A stretch of 64,000 bases of DNA from an uncultured delta proteobacterium (GCA_963785725.1 CAWAWS010000047.1:32001-96000), one strand, 5' to 3'; shown: positions 22,021 to 31,801, counted from the stretch's first letter. Translations and numbers: made by a program. Notes: generated by a model not told the origin, from the sequence alone.

Positions 22021-22051
22021 GAGCTTACGCCGACCGCAGCCGCGGCGCACC

Positions 22052-22645
22052 TCAGCGCGACTTGCGACGCGGCACGGCCAGGTCGGACACGGGCGCGTAC
22101 GGCAGCTCGACGCCGGCGCGCGCGGCCTTCAACAGCTGCGAGCCGCGGCTCATATCGCCGAGACCGACGAAATCGCGCGGATAATGCAGCCGCTCACCGA
22201 AGATCGAGGTCAGGACGGCCAGATACTTCGGCGACGCCAGCGAGCCCAGCAAAACGACCGACGTGCCGTCGAGCTTCTTCGCCAGCGCCTGGGCGTCGCG
22301 CGTCAGCGGCGCGTGATAGCGCGCGTCGTCGGCATCGATGTCGACCGCGCCGAGATCGAGGAGCGCGCGCTTGTCCAGGCGCGTATCGACGGTCACCAGG
22401 CCGCGGTTCGACGTGATGACGTAAGCGCCGGCGATGCCGGCGGGTGCGCGCGCGAACGCCGCGGCATAGGTGATCTTGCCGCGGAAATAGAGGCCCGACA
22501 AGAAGGCGAAGATCTCGCCGACGGGCGCGCCGCCGTCGCTGCGTACGCGCGTCGCCAGGTCGAAGGTGGCCTCGTCGCGCAAGAGGATCTGCGCGCGCTT
22601 GCCGCCGAGATGCGCGGGCGACAGGAGAAAAATCTGCGGCTGCAT
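22052..22645 (-). CDS. Hypothetical protein
   Basis: MQPQIFLLSPA..FLSGLYFRGK..VVLLGSLASPKY..FVGLGDMSRGSQLL; globular composition. Confidence 0.7.
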   Translation of the reverse strand: MQPQIFLLSPAHLGGKRAQILLRDEATFDLATRVRSDGGAPVGEIFAFLSGLYFRGKITYAAAFARAPAGIAGAYVITSNRGLVTVDTRLDKRALLDLGAVDIDADDARYHAPLTRDAQALAKKLDGTSVVLLGSLASPKYLAVLTSIFGERLHYPRDFVGLGDMSRGSQLLKAARAGVELPYAPVSDLAVPRRKSR

Positions 22646-22824
22646 GACGTTCGCAAAGCATACGCGATGCGGCGCAGACGACTTACACCTACCTCTTTGC
22701 CAGACGGGCACCGCATGCACATGAGGCCGCGTCAAATTGGCGCGGGTTTGCACAGCGAGCCCGGGCGTTCGCGACGTGAGCCACACACGACGGCGGGCAC
22801 GCTGCGTGCAGTCAGACTCAAGCG

Positions 22825-23259
22825 ATGGCCGAGACGACGCAGACAGTCGAATGGACCGATCTTCCGCCGACGCCTCGACTGGCGCGCCCGCCCCGCGTGC
22901 TGCTCGTCGACGATGAGGAGGACTTTCTCGAGCTGATGAAGGAGATTCTCGAAGGCGCCGGCTTCACGGTCGAGTGTGCGCGAGCGGCGGGCGAGGCCGT
23001 GGCGCGCGCCGTGGCCAATCCGCCCGACGTCATCCTGCTCGACATCTTGCTGCCGGGTTGTGACGGGCTCGAGATCCTGGAGACGCTGCGCAACGAGCCG
23101 GAGACGAGCGACGTGCCGGTGTTGGCGTGCACGGCGCTCGGCCAGCGCGACTCGGGTCCGCTGTTGGTGCAGGCGGGCTTCGACGGGCTCGTGTCCAAGC
23201 CCATCAACTGGCACGACCTCGAGCGGCTGTTGACGGCGGTCATCAACGCGCACGGCTGA
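22825..23259 (+). CDS. Single-domain response regulator
   Basis: VLLVDDE, DVILLDILLPGCDG, ACTA, SKP receiver motifs. Confidence 0.92.
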   Translation: MAETTQTVEWTDLPPTPRLARPPRVLLVDDEEDFLELMKEILEGAGFTVECARAAGEAVARAVANPPDVILLDILLPGCDGLEILETLRNEPETSDVPVLACTALGQRDSGPLLVQAGFDGLVSKPINWHDLERLLTAVINAHG

Positions 23260-23350
23260 CGCTCGCCCGCGGGCGGCGCGCGCTCGCAGCCGCTAGATAG
23301 CCGATCGTAATTCGCGATAGGCCGCGACTTTCGAGCGCGCGAAGCTCGCG

Positions 23351-23425
23351 TCGGCGCGGAGTCGCGCCGAGCGCAGGGAGAGGCCCCGAATGGGCTTTGC
23401 CCGTTCGGGGAGGGCGGCACGCCCT
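23351..23425. repeat. Cluster of three inverted repeats between convergent genes (REP-like or terminator)
   Basis: TCGGCGCG-gagt-CGCGCCGA; CCCCGAATGGGC-ttt-GCCCGTTCGGGG; AGGGCG-gca-CGCCCT. Confidence 0.55.
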
Positions 23426-23428
23426 GAT

Positions 23429-24199
23429 TTAGCGAAACGGCAGCGCGTGCTCGACGACGCGCGGCCCCTTGGTGCGGTGGCGCCCGACTTGGGTCAGCCG
23501 CAGCCGACCGTCGGGCAACAAGAGATCGATCGCATAGTTGTCCCACTTGCTCGGCGGCAGCTTCTTGCCCGCGTCGGCGACGTCGTCGCAGCGCTTGAGG
23601 TAACCGACGTCGTAGGAGATCGTCGACAGCTGGTTCGACGGACCGACGCCGTAGAGCATGAGCGAATCGCCGCAATCGACGTCCTCGAGACCTGCGCGCC
23701 GCACGCTGCGCTGGCGCACGCGGCCGACGACGCCGCGGCCGGTCGTGGTCGCCGTCGGCTGCGCGGCGACGAGCAGGTCACGGACGCGCGATTCGTAGCC
23801 GTTGCCGTCGTCGTCATGCCAGACGGACGGCTGAAAGTCCGAGTCCTCGTCGACGAACCAGCCGCTCGCCGTGCGCCACGCGAGCAGACACGCCGGTCGG
23901 CTCTCGCCTTTGCCTTCGACGAGCTGGAGCACCTTGGCCTCGACGAGGACGCCGCCGGCGAGCGGCGCAAAATGTGGATCGTCGCAGGTGGGCGAGTCCT
24001 CGCTGCCGTTGTCGCCAGGCTTGGGCGGGCGCGCACACGTGCGGCCGGTCTCGCCCTCGAAGTCGTGGGTCGGCACGACTCTGCAATAGGCCTCGAGGCT
24101 GGCGAACGGACCAACGAGCGGCCGCGCGTCCATGTCGCTCTCCGTCGCTGCCGCCGCTGTCGATAAAAACAAAACGAAGAGTGCGAGCCCGCGCCGCAT
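23429..24199 (-). CDS. Secreted Cys-containing hypothetical protein
   Basis: MRRGLALFVLFLSTAAAA signal peptide; TAGGAT 6 nt upstream. Confidence 0.65.
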   Translation of the reverse strand: MRRGLALFVLFLSTAAAATESDMDARPLVGPFASLEAYCRVVPTHDFEGETGRTCARPPKPGDNGSEDSPTCDDPHFAPLAGGVLVEAKVLQLVEGKGESRPACLLAWRTASGWFVDEDSDFQPSVWHDDDGNGYESRVRDLLVAAQPTATTTGRGVVGRVRQRSVRRAGLEDVDCGDSLMLYGVGPSNQLSTISYDVGYLKRCDDVADAGKKLPPSKWDNYAIDLLLPDGRLRLTQVGRHRTKGPRVVEHALPFR

Positions 24200-24325
24200 G
24201 ACCCCATCCTACGATCGGACGGCCGCCGGGCGCGTGTGCCCAGCGCACAGCGCGGACGCAGCGTGGCGAATGAACTACCGATTGACGCCATGGCTGGCGA
24301 GGGACAGCTATGTTAGCGTCGCTGC

Positions 24326-25204
24326 ATGTTCGTAGGAGCGATGACCGCGCTCGTGACGCCGATGCGCGACGGGCAAGTGGACGAGCCGGCGCTGCGGTCG
24401 CTGGTCGAGTGGCAGATCGCCGAGGGAATCGACGGGCTGATTCCGTGCGGCACGACGGGCGAGTCGGCGACGCTGACGGCGGCCGAGCACGCGCGCGTCA
24501 TCAAGATCGTCGTCGAGGCGGCCAAGAAGCGCGTGCCCATCATCGCCGGCGCCGGGTCGAACTCGACGGCGGAGGCGATCGCGCTCTCGACGCATGCGCG
24601 CGAAGCCGGCGCCGACGCGCTCTTGCACATCACGCCCTACTATAATCGGCCGACGCAGGAGGGTCTGTTCCTGCATTTTACGGCGATCGCGGCGGCGACG
24701 AAGCTGCCTATCGTGCTCTACAACGTGCCGGCGCGGACGGGCTGCGACCTCTTGCCGGAGACGATCGAGCGGCTGGCCCAGGCGTCGCCGCAGTTCGTCG
24801 GCGTCAAAGAGGCGACGGGTACGGCGCAACGCACGCAGCAGATCCTGGCGCGGCTCGGGGAGCGGCTGACGATTCTCTCGGGCGACGACGCCATCAACTT
24901 GCCGCTCTACGCCGTCGGCGCGCGCGGCTGCATCAGCGTCGTCAGCAACGTCGCGCCGCAGCTGGTGGCGCGCACGTGGGACGCCTGGAGCGCGCGCGAC
25001 GTCGACCGGGCGCGGGCGCTGCACTACGAGTCGCTGCCGCTGGCCGAGGCGCTGTTTTGGGAGGCGAGCCCGATTCCGTCGAAGGCGGCGCTGGCGATGA
25101 TGGGCAAGCTGACCAACGACCTTCGCCTGCCGCTGCATCCGCTGACCGACGCGCCGAAGGCCAAGCTGCGCGCGCTGTTGGAGAAGATGGGTCTCATCGC
25201 GTGA
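24326..25204 (+). CDS. dapA: 4-hydroxy-tetrahydrodipicolinate synthase
   Basis: CGTTGES, PYYNRPTQEG, LYNVPARTG, GVKEA, LSGDD. Confidence 0.96.
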   Translation: MFVGAMTALVTPMRDGQVDEPALRSLVEWQIAEGIDGLIPCGTTGESATLTAAEHARVIKIVVEAAKKRVPIIAGAGSNSTAEAIALSTHAREAGADALLHITPYYNRPTQEGLFLHFTAIAAATKLPIVLYNVPARTGCDLLPETIERLAQASPQFVGVKEATGTAQRTQQILARLGERLTILSGDDAINLPLYAVGARGCISVVSNVAPQLVARTWDAWSARDVDRARALHYESLPLAEALFWEASPIPSKAALAMMGKLTNDLRLPLHPLTDAPKAKLRALLEKMGLIA

Positions 25205-26025
25205 GCGAAGACGCGCAGAAGCTGCGGCTGGTCGTGCCCGGCGCGGCCGGCAAGATGGGGCGCATGATCGTCAAGGTCATCGCCGATACGCCGACGGCGC
25301 AGCTGGTGGCCGCGGTGGAACGGCCGGGCTCGCCGCTGCTCGGTCAGGACGCGGGCGTCGTCGCCGGTCTGGGCGCGCTGTCGGTGAAGATTCAGGCCGA
25401 GCTCGACGAGGCGCTGGCACAGGCCGACGTCATCATCGACTTCACGGCGCCGGCGGCGACGGCGTGGACGGTGTCGCGCGCGGCCGAGCACGGCGTGGGC
25501 ATGGTCATCGGCACGACCGGCCTCGGCGAAGCCGAGAAGCGCGCGGTGTGGCAGGCGGCCGAGCGCATTCCCATCGTGCTCTCGGCGAATATGTCACTCG
25601 GTGTCAACGTGCTGTTCGGGCTCATCGCGCAGGCGGCCCGCGCGCTCGGTAACGACTACGACGTCGAGATCGTCGAGCTGCACCATCGGCAAAAGCGCGA
25701 TGCCCCGTCGGGGACGGCGCTGGCGATGGCGTCGGCGCTGGCCGAGGCGCTCGGGCGCGACTTGGGCACGGTGACGCGCAACGGCCGCGCCGGCAACGTC
25801 GGCGCGCGCACGACCGAGGAGATCGGGATTCACGCCGTGCGCGGCGGCGACATCGTCGGCGAGCACACCGCCTATTTCTGCGGGCTCGGCGAGCGGCTCG
25901 AGGTCACCCATCGCGCGTCGTCGCGGGAGACGTTCGCGCACGGCGCCGTGCGCGCCGCCGAGTGGCTGCGCGATCGCGATCCCGGCCTCTACGACATGCA
26001 GGACGTGCTCGGCCTGCGACGGTGA
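25201..26025 (+). CDS. dapB: 4-hydroxy-tetrahydrodipicolinate reductase
   Basis: GAAGKMG, DFTAP, IGTTG, EIVELHHRQKRDAPSGTA, RGGDIVGEH. Confidence 0.96.
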   Translation: MSEDAQKLRLVVPGAAGKMGRMIVKVIADTPTAQLVAAVERPGSPLLGQDAGVVAGLGALSVKIQAELDEALAQADVIIDFTAPAATAWTVSRAAEHGVGMVIGTTGLGEAEKRAVWQAAERIPIVLSANMSLGVNVLFGLIAQAARALGNDYDVEIVELHHRQKRDAPSGTALAMASALAEALGRDLGTVTRNGRAGNVGARTTEEIGIHAVRGGDIVGEHTAYFCGLGERLEVTHRASSRETFAHGAVRAAEWLRDRDPGLYDMQDVLGLRR

Positions 26026-26957
26026 AAACGCGCGGGCGGCGGTTCGACTACGCGAAGCTGGCGACGGAAGCGCCGCATCCGAAGTCGGCGCAGCTGGAGA
26101 CGCTCTCGCTGGACGAGATCGTCGCGCTCTTGCTCACCGAGGAGAAGCGCGCGCAGAAGGCGGCGTTCGCGGCGCGACGTGACATCGCGCGCGCCGCCGA
26201 ACGCGTGGCGGCGGCGTTGCGCGCGGGCGGCCGGCTGTTCTATGTCGGCGCGGGGACGAGCGGGCGCTTGGGCGCGCTCGACGCCGCCGAGCTGCCGCCG
26301 ACGTTCGGCTCGTCGCCGGCGCAGGTCGTGGCCGTCGTCGCGGGCGGGCCGCGCGCGCTCACGCGCTCGGTCGAAGGCGCCGAAGATCGCGCGGCGGCCG
26401 CCACGCGACGCCTCGGCCGCCTCGGCCTCGCCGCCGGCGACGTCGTCTGCGCCATCGCCGCCTCGGGCGTGACGCCTTTTGCGCGCGCGGCATTGGCGTT
26501 CGGCAAGGAGCGCGGCGCGACGACGCTGTTCATCACCTGCGCGCCCGATCCGACGCACGCCGAATTGGCCGACATCGTCATCGCCGCGCCGGTCGGTCCC
26601 GAAGTCTTGGCCGGCTCGACGCGCCTAAAGAGCGGCAGCGTGACGAAAATGATCCTGAACGCGCTCTCGACCGCGACGATGATAGCGCTCGGCAAGGTCT
26701 ATCGCGGCCGCATGGTCGACGTCGTCGCCAGCAACGACAAGCTGCGCGATCGCGCCCGCCGCATCGTGGCCGAGCTCTGCCGCGTCGACGAGCGCACGGC
26801 GCGCTCGCTGCTCAAGCGCGCCGGCGGACGACCGAAGCTCGCCATCGCCATGCACGCGCTCTCGCTGCCTGCCGCCGAAGCCGCCGCGCGATTGGCCGAA
26901 GCCGGCGACGACCTGCATCGCCTGCTCGGCGCTACACGAAAACGTCGGCGACGGTAA
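26022..26957 (+). CDS. murQ: N-acetylmuramic acid 6-phosphate etherase
   Basis: GAGTSGRLGALDAAELPPTFG, EGAED, GPEVLAGSTRLK, MVDV..SNDKL. Confidence 0.93.
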   Translation: MKTRGRRFDYAKLATEAPHPKSAQLETLSLDEIVALLLTEEKRAQKAAFAARRDIARAAERVAAALRAGGRLFYVGAGTSGRLGALDAAELPPTFGSSPAQVVAVVAGGPRALTRSVEGAEDRAAAATRRLGRLGLAAGDVVCAIAASGVTPFARAALAFGKERGATTLFITCAPDPTHAELADIVIAAPVGPEVLAGSTRLKSGSVTKMILNALSTATMIALGKVYRGRMVDVVASNDKLRDRARRIVAELCRVDERTARSLLKRAGGRPKLAIAMHALSLPAAEAAARLAEAGDDLHRLLGATRKRRRR

Positions 26958-27882
26958 CGAGCCCGCGCGGCGCCGAACGCAGCCGGCACAGCGCGTTCAA
27001 CGCCGTGCCGACGGTAGCGCGGTCACCTTGCGTGCCGCCGGCGATCGTGACGTCCATCGGCGGGTCCGAGTCGAGCACGACGCGATCGTGCGGGTCGGGT
27101 GCGCCCACGTACATGTCGAGCGACAGCGTAATCCGCTCTTTGCCGCCGACGAACGCGCGCGCCCGCTGCTTGATGCCGAGCACCTTGCCGTCGCTGCCGA
27201 GCGCCGGCTCGATCGAATCTTCGTAGCGATCGATGCGCCAGCCGATGCCTTGCGCGATCAAGAGCGCCGATTCGCGCAGCCCGACGTGACCGATGCGCGC
27301 CTGCTTGACGCCCTCGGCAAACTCCTCGGGCGTCATCCCCTCGCCCACTTTCTTGCGCAGCGGGCCGCGCCGTTTCGCGGCGTCGACGACGCGCTCGACG
27401 CGCACGCTGTCGACGGACACGCAGGCGCCGGCCAGCGCCAACGGCAGCCGATCCATGACGAAGCCCGGGTTGACGCCGGTGCCGAGCACGGTCACGTCGG
27501 CGTGACGCGCGTGATCGTCGAGCCGAGCCCACGTCTGCGGGTCGACGCCGGGCGCCGACAGCTCTTCGCACGTCGAGACGATGTGCACGCGCCGCGCGAT
27601 CGCCAGCTCGATGTCGGGCACGATGCCGGCGAAGCGCGAGGTCGTCGTGAGCGCGATGCCTTCGACGCGACCGGGCACGAGCGCCGCCGCCAGCGACGGC
27701 TCGACGCGCACGTCCGCCGGCGCGCCCGGCACGATGTCGGCGAGCGAGCGGCCCGCGAGCGCCGGCGATAGATCGACCGCGGCGACAATGCGCAGCTCGG
27801 GCCGCGCCACCATCGCCCGCAACAGCTCGACGCCGATCGGCCCGAGGCCGACGATTCCCACGCGCAGTTGGCTCAGGCCCAA
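26932..27882 (-). CDS. NAD(P)-dependent oxidoreductase, DapB-like/2,4-diaminopentanoate dehydrogenase family
   Basis: GLGPIG Rossmann motif, VSTCEEL, GTGVNPGFVMD, RRGPLRKKVG, GDRAT. Confidence 0.82.
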   Translation of the reverse strand: MGLSQLRVGIVGLGPIGVELLRAMVARPELRIVAAVDLSPALAGRSLADIVPGAPADVRVEPSLAAALVPGRVEGIALTTTSRFAGIVPDIELAIARRVHIVSTCEELSAPGVDPQTWARLDDHARHADVTVLGTGVNPGFVMDRLPLALAGACVSVDSVRVERVVDAAKRRGPLRKKVGEGMTPEEFAEGVKQARIGHVGLRESALLIAQGIGWRIDRYEDSIEPALGSDGKVLGIKQRARAFVGGKERITLSLDMYVGAPDPHDRVVLDSDPPMDVTIAGGTQGDRATVGTALNALCRLRSAPRGLVTVADVFV

Positions 27883-27883
27883 T

Positions 27884-29827
27884 TTAGGCTCCGTGTCCGT
27901 TGCGCGAGCTCTCGGCCGCGCGTCGCACCGCTTGTTCGAGCGCGCCGATCCGCTCCGACTCGCCGCGCAGCTCGAGCTCGAGCCGCCCCAACCGCTCGCG
28001 CGCCACGTCGAGCTGCCGCTCGGCATCGGCCGCGCGCGCTCGCGCCGTCGCCGCGCCGTCGACGAGGTGGCGCTGCTCGGCCGCCATGCGCTCGGCGCGC
28101 GCGCGTTCGTGCGCCGCCGCCGCCGCCGCGCGCTCGACCTGCGCCTCTTTGCGCGCCAGCTCCTGCATGACGCCGCCGAGCCGCACCCGCGCCGTCGACA
28201 ATTCGGCCTCGAGGCGCTCCACCTCGTCCGACGGTGGCGACGCCTGCTCGAGCGCCGTCAGCTGCGCGTCGCGCTCGGAGATCTCGTGACGCAGGGCCGC
28301 CACTTCGCGCTCACGATCGCGCAGCGCATGGCGCAAGCGGACCGCGCTCTCCGACCGCTCCTGCGCCTCGGCTTCCATATCGGCCATCAGCTGCGCCGTG
28401 CGTGCGCGATCGGCCGCGGCGATGGCGTCGGCGTTGACCAGCTCACGCTCGAGCGCGGCCACACGACCGTGCACCTCTTCGTCGAAGACGGGCGGAGGCG
28501 GCGGCGCGACGACCGGCCGTTCCCGCAGCTCGACCAGCTCGGCGTTGAGCCGCTTGACCTCGACCGACAGCTCCTTGCGCTGACTCTCGGCCCGCGCCAG
28601 CTCTTCCTTGAGCGTGACGGCCTTCTTCATCGCCTCTTCGGTGGCGCGCGTCAGGTCGATCGACGCCAGCTTGCGCGCGTCCTTGAGCTTACGCACCGTA
28701 TCTTCGCGCACCTCGGCCGCCTGCGCTTCGGCGTCCGAGCGCATCTTGAGCGCCTTCCAGGCTTCGGCGCGCGCGTCCGACTCCTTCGACTTCCACTTCT
28801 CGATCTCGGCTTGCAGCGCAGCGACGTCGGGCGGCGCCGGCAACGCCGCCAACGCCGCGTCCGGCAACGGCTGCCCCGCGCGCAGCCGCACGACGAAGCC
28901 TTCGGTCTCGGCCAGCTGCTTGCGCGCTTTACGCTCGGCGACTTCGGCCTTGTCGGCGCGCTGCTCGGCCATCCACGCCGCTTCGCGCAGCTTGGCCAGC
29001 TCGCGCCGCTCGACGTCGTACTCGGCCGCATAGGCATCGCGCTCGGCCAGCTCCGACTTCAGCTTCAAGACGAACGCCTGCAGCTCGTCCTTGCCCTTGT
29101 GCGCCGCTTCCAACTGCGCCTTCAAGTCGGCATCGGTGACGACGACGGCCGGCTTGGCCGCGGCTGCCGGCGGCGGCGTCGCCGGCGCGGACGTCGGTAC
29201 ACGCGGCGGCGCCGGCACCGGCTTCTTCGACTCGGCGACGGGCGCGACGCGACGCTCGGACGGCAGCGCGGCGATGTCGGCGAGCGGCACCTGCATGACG
29301 CCGTAGCCGCGCGACTTCTCGCGCTTGGGCCCGGCGACCGCGACATACCACTCGACGCGCTCACCTTTGGGCACCAACGTCCCATCGAGCACCGGATCGG
29401 GATCGGCCACGCCATACTCGACCAGCGTCGCGCCTGCGAACGGCGCCTGCCCCACCATTTTCATGGACGGGAACATCGGCTCGAGCAGATCGATCAGCTC
29501 ATAATAGGAGAGCCCGCTGCGCGCACCCGGCCGATCGCGGCTCGGCACCGCCAAGACCAAGGTGCCGTTGGGCTTGAGCAGCCGGCGAACGCTCTCGGCT
29601 ACCGTGCGCGCCTGAGCCGGATCGACATCCAGCGCGAACGCGACGTCGAAACCGGGCGGCAACATCTCGAGGTCGGCCGCGGCCACGGCGCGCACATTCT
29701 TGGCCCCGCGAGCTTGCAAAACTTCGTGTCCACCCTCGCCGCCAACATCGAGAACATCTGCACCTACGAGGAGATCTTGCACGTACAAGTAGGTGGTCAG
29801 GCGGCGCAGACGCGCGTCGAGCAACAT
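27884..29827 (-). CDS. Methyltransferase-like N-terminal domain plus long coiled coil
   Basis: VLDVG..RRLLKPNGTLVL SAM-fold-like segment, Pro/Ala linker, E/R/A heptad tail. Confidence 0.7.
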   Translation of the reverse strand: MLLDARLRRLTTYLYVQDLLVGADVLDVGGEGGHEVLQARGAKNVRAVAAADLEMLPPGFDVAFALDVDPAQARTVAESVRRLLKPNGTLVLAVPSRDRPGARSGLSYYELIDLLEPMFPSMKMVGQAPFAGATLVEYGVADPDPVLDGTLVPKGERVEWYVAVAGPKREKSRGYGVMQVPLADIAALPSERRVAPVAESKKPVPAPPRVPTSAPATPPPAAAAKPAVVVTDADLKAQLEAAHKGKDELQAFVLKLKSELAERDAYAAEYDVERRELAKLREAAWMAEQRADKAEVAERKARKQLAETEGFVVRLRAGQPLPDAALAALPAPPDVAALQAEIEKWKSKESDARAEAWKALKMRSDAEAQAAEVREDTVRKLKDARKLASIDLTRATEEAMKKAVTLKEELARAESQRKELSVEVKRLNAELVELRERPVVAPPPPPVFDEEVHGRVAALERELVNADAIAAADRARTAQLMADMEAEAQERSESAVRLRHALRDREREVAALRHEISERDAQLTALEQASPPSDEVERLEAELSTARVRLGGVMQELARKEAQVERAAAAAAHERARAERMAAEQRHLVDGAATARARAADAERQLDVARERLGRLELELRGESERIGALEQAVRRAAESSRNGHGA

Positions 29828-29884
29828 GGTCGCGGACTCTACCACGAGTTGTGCAAGTGCTGCCGTCGCTGATAAAATGTGGCG

Positions 29885-31231
29885 GTGGCCGATGACCGCA
29901 ATCTCGTTTTGATCGACGCCGATGGGCGTCTCACGCTCGACCCGGAAGCGCAGCGGCGCTTGGCCGGCCGTCCCGGGCGCTTCCGCGTCGTCCCGACAAC
30001 CGGGGAAATCGTCATCCTGCAGCGCGTCGCCGATCAGCGCTCGAACAGCTCGGTGAGCACGATCGCCGTCGGCCGCGTCACACTCGCCGGCGAGATCGAT
30101 GCCGTCGGTGGCTTGGTCGACGTCATCAACTTCATCCTGTCGAATCAGTGGTCGGGACAGCTCGCCGCCGTCGATGGCTTGGCGCGTAAAACCATCCACT
30201 TCTTGCGCGGCGACGTACGCTCGGCGTCGAGCAACGTGCCCGAAGATCGCTTGGGCGCGATTCTCTACCGCTTCGGCGTCGTCAACGACGATCAATTGCA
30301 GACGGCGTTACGCGCGTCGGGCGGCTCGGCGCGGCTCGGCCAAGTGCTCGTGCAGCGCGGCCTCTTGTCTGCGCACGACCTCTACACCTACGTCCGCAAG
30401 CAGGTGGAAGAGATCTTCTTCACGCTGTTGACGATGCGCGTCGGCTCCTTCTATTTCTATCGCACCGACGAGGATCACGGCCCGGTGTCGCAGCTGAGCC
30501 TGCCGACGAAGCAGCTGCTCTTCGACGGCGTGCGCCGCATCGACGAGCTGTCCTATTTTCGCGCCAAGCTGCCGGCCAACGATCTCGTCCTGCAGCGACG
30601 TCATCCGGCGCCGCCGCAAAAGCTCGAGCATCGCGAGGAGCGGCTGCTCGACCTCATCGACGGCGCGCGCGACTTGGGCGCGGTCGCGCGCATGTCGCAC
30701 CTCGGCGAGTTCGAGACGACGAAGATCCTGTATCAGCTGCTGACGTCGGGCTTCGTCGAGCCCAAGAAACAGCCGGCGATTCAGATGCGCAACATCAGCG
30801 CCGGCGACTCGATCGAGGACATCTTCAGCAAGGTCGCCGACACCTTCAACGACGTCTTCATCAAGATCCACAGCGCCGTCTCGCAGCGCGGCAAAGCCGA
30901 GGCGCTGCAGGCCGGGCTCGAGTCGTTCTTCGGCTCGGTGGCCGAGTTCGCGCCGCTGTTCGTGGGCTTGGCGGTGGCGCCCGACGGCACGCTCAATCGC
31001 GAGCAGCTGCTCGCCAACTTGTCGATGGCGCCGACGGACGACAAGCTCGACTACCTGCATCGCGGCCTCAACGAGCTGCTCTTCTTCGAGCTCTTCACGG
31101 CCGGCGAAGCGGTCGATCGGCGCGAAGAGATCGAGCTGCATCAGCGGCTCAACCAGATCCTGCGCGATCGCTCGCCGCGCGTGCGCGAGATGACGGCCGA
31201 GCCCGAGGACGCCGGCGAACGCGCCGTATGA
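29885..31231 (+). CDS. DUF4388 domain protein
   Basis: LAGEI..DVINFI..WSGQL, RLGAILYRFG, RLGQVLVQRG, LLFDGVRRIDE; start GTG 29885 or 29879. Confidence 0.82.
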   Translation: MADDRNLVLIDADGRLTLDPEAQRRLAGRPGRFRVVPTTGEIVILQRVADQRSNSSVSTIAVGRVTLAGEIDAVGGLVDVINFILSNQWSGQLAAVDGLARKTIHFLRGDVRSASSNVPEDRLGAILYRFGVVNDDQLQTALRASGGSARLGQVLVQRGLLSAHDLYTYVRKQVEEIFFTLLTMRVGSFYFYRTDEDHGPVSQLSLPTKQLLFDGVRRIDELSYFRAKLPANDLVLQRRHPAPPQKLEHREERLLDLIDGARDLGAVARMSHLGEFETTKILYQLLTSGFVEPKKQPAIQMRNISAGDSIEDIFSKVADTFNDVFIKIHSAVSQRGKAEALQAGLESFFGSVAEFAPLFVGLAVAPDGTLNREQLLANLSMAPTDDKLDYLHRGLNELLFFELFTAGEAVDRREEIELHQRLNQILRDRSPRVREMTAEPEDAGERAV

Positions 31232-31297
31232 TGAAGTCACTTGCTCGGTGAGCGCGGCCACACCTAACATCCGCCGCTGAAAGCAGGTCGGCGGCGG

Positions 31298-31801
31298 ATG
31301 CGCGTTCTCCTTTTTCTAGTTTCACTCTCGACAGTCACCATCACATCGACGAGCAGCGCGCAGGCCGACCCGGCCACCGAGGCGCGACGCCATTTCGACG
31401 CCGGGAATGCCGCCTACAGCCTGGGCAAATTCGTCCACGCCGCCGAGGAGTACAAGGCGGCCTTCAAGGAAAAGCAGGATCCGGCGTTTCTCTACAACAT
31501 CGCGCAGGCCTATCGGCTCGCCGGCGACGCGAAGAACGCCGTCTTCTTCTACCGCTCGTATCTGCGCAATCTGCCGAAGGCGCGCAATCGGCGCGAGGTC
31601 GAGGATCGCATCACGAAGCTCGAGCGTCAGCCGAGCCCGCCGCCGCGCGCGGAGCAGCCGGCGCCTGGGCCGACGACGCCGCCGCGCGGCAAGCGCAGCT
31701 CGGATTCGCACCAGACGCCGCCGATCATCCCGCATCCGCCGGGAGGCGAGCCGCGCACCGAGCCGTCCGACGACGCGCCGGCGCCTGCGGTCGCGCCCTA
31801 A
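31298..31801 (+). CDS. Secreted TPR protein with Pro-rich tail
   Basis: Signal peptide, ARRHFDAGNAAYSLG, FLYNIAQAYRLAG. Confidence 0.75.
   Translation: MRVLLFLVSLSTVTITSTSSAQADPATEARRHFDAGNAAYSLGKFVHAAEEYKAAFKEKQDPAFLYNIAQAYRLAGDAKNAVFFYRSYLRNLPKARNRREVEDRITKLERQPSPPPRAEQPAPGPTTPPRGKRSSDSHQTPPIIPHPPGGEPRTEPSDDAPAPAVAP

Noticed and set aside
22738..22752. TGGCGCGGGTTTGCA as a sigma54 promoter
   Set aside because: GG-to-GC spacing is 9 nt rather than the required 10.
24282..24314. TTGACG...TATGTT as dapA promoter
   Set aside because: 21-nt spacer is too long; the extended -10 TGTTAGCGT fits better.
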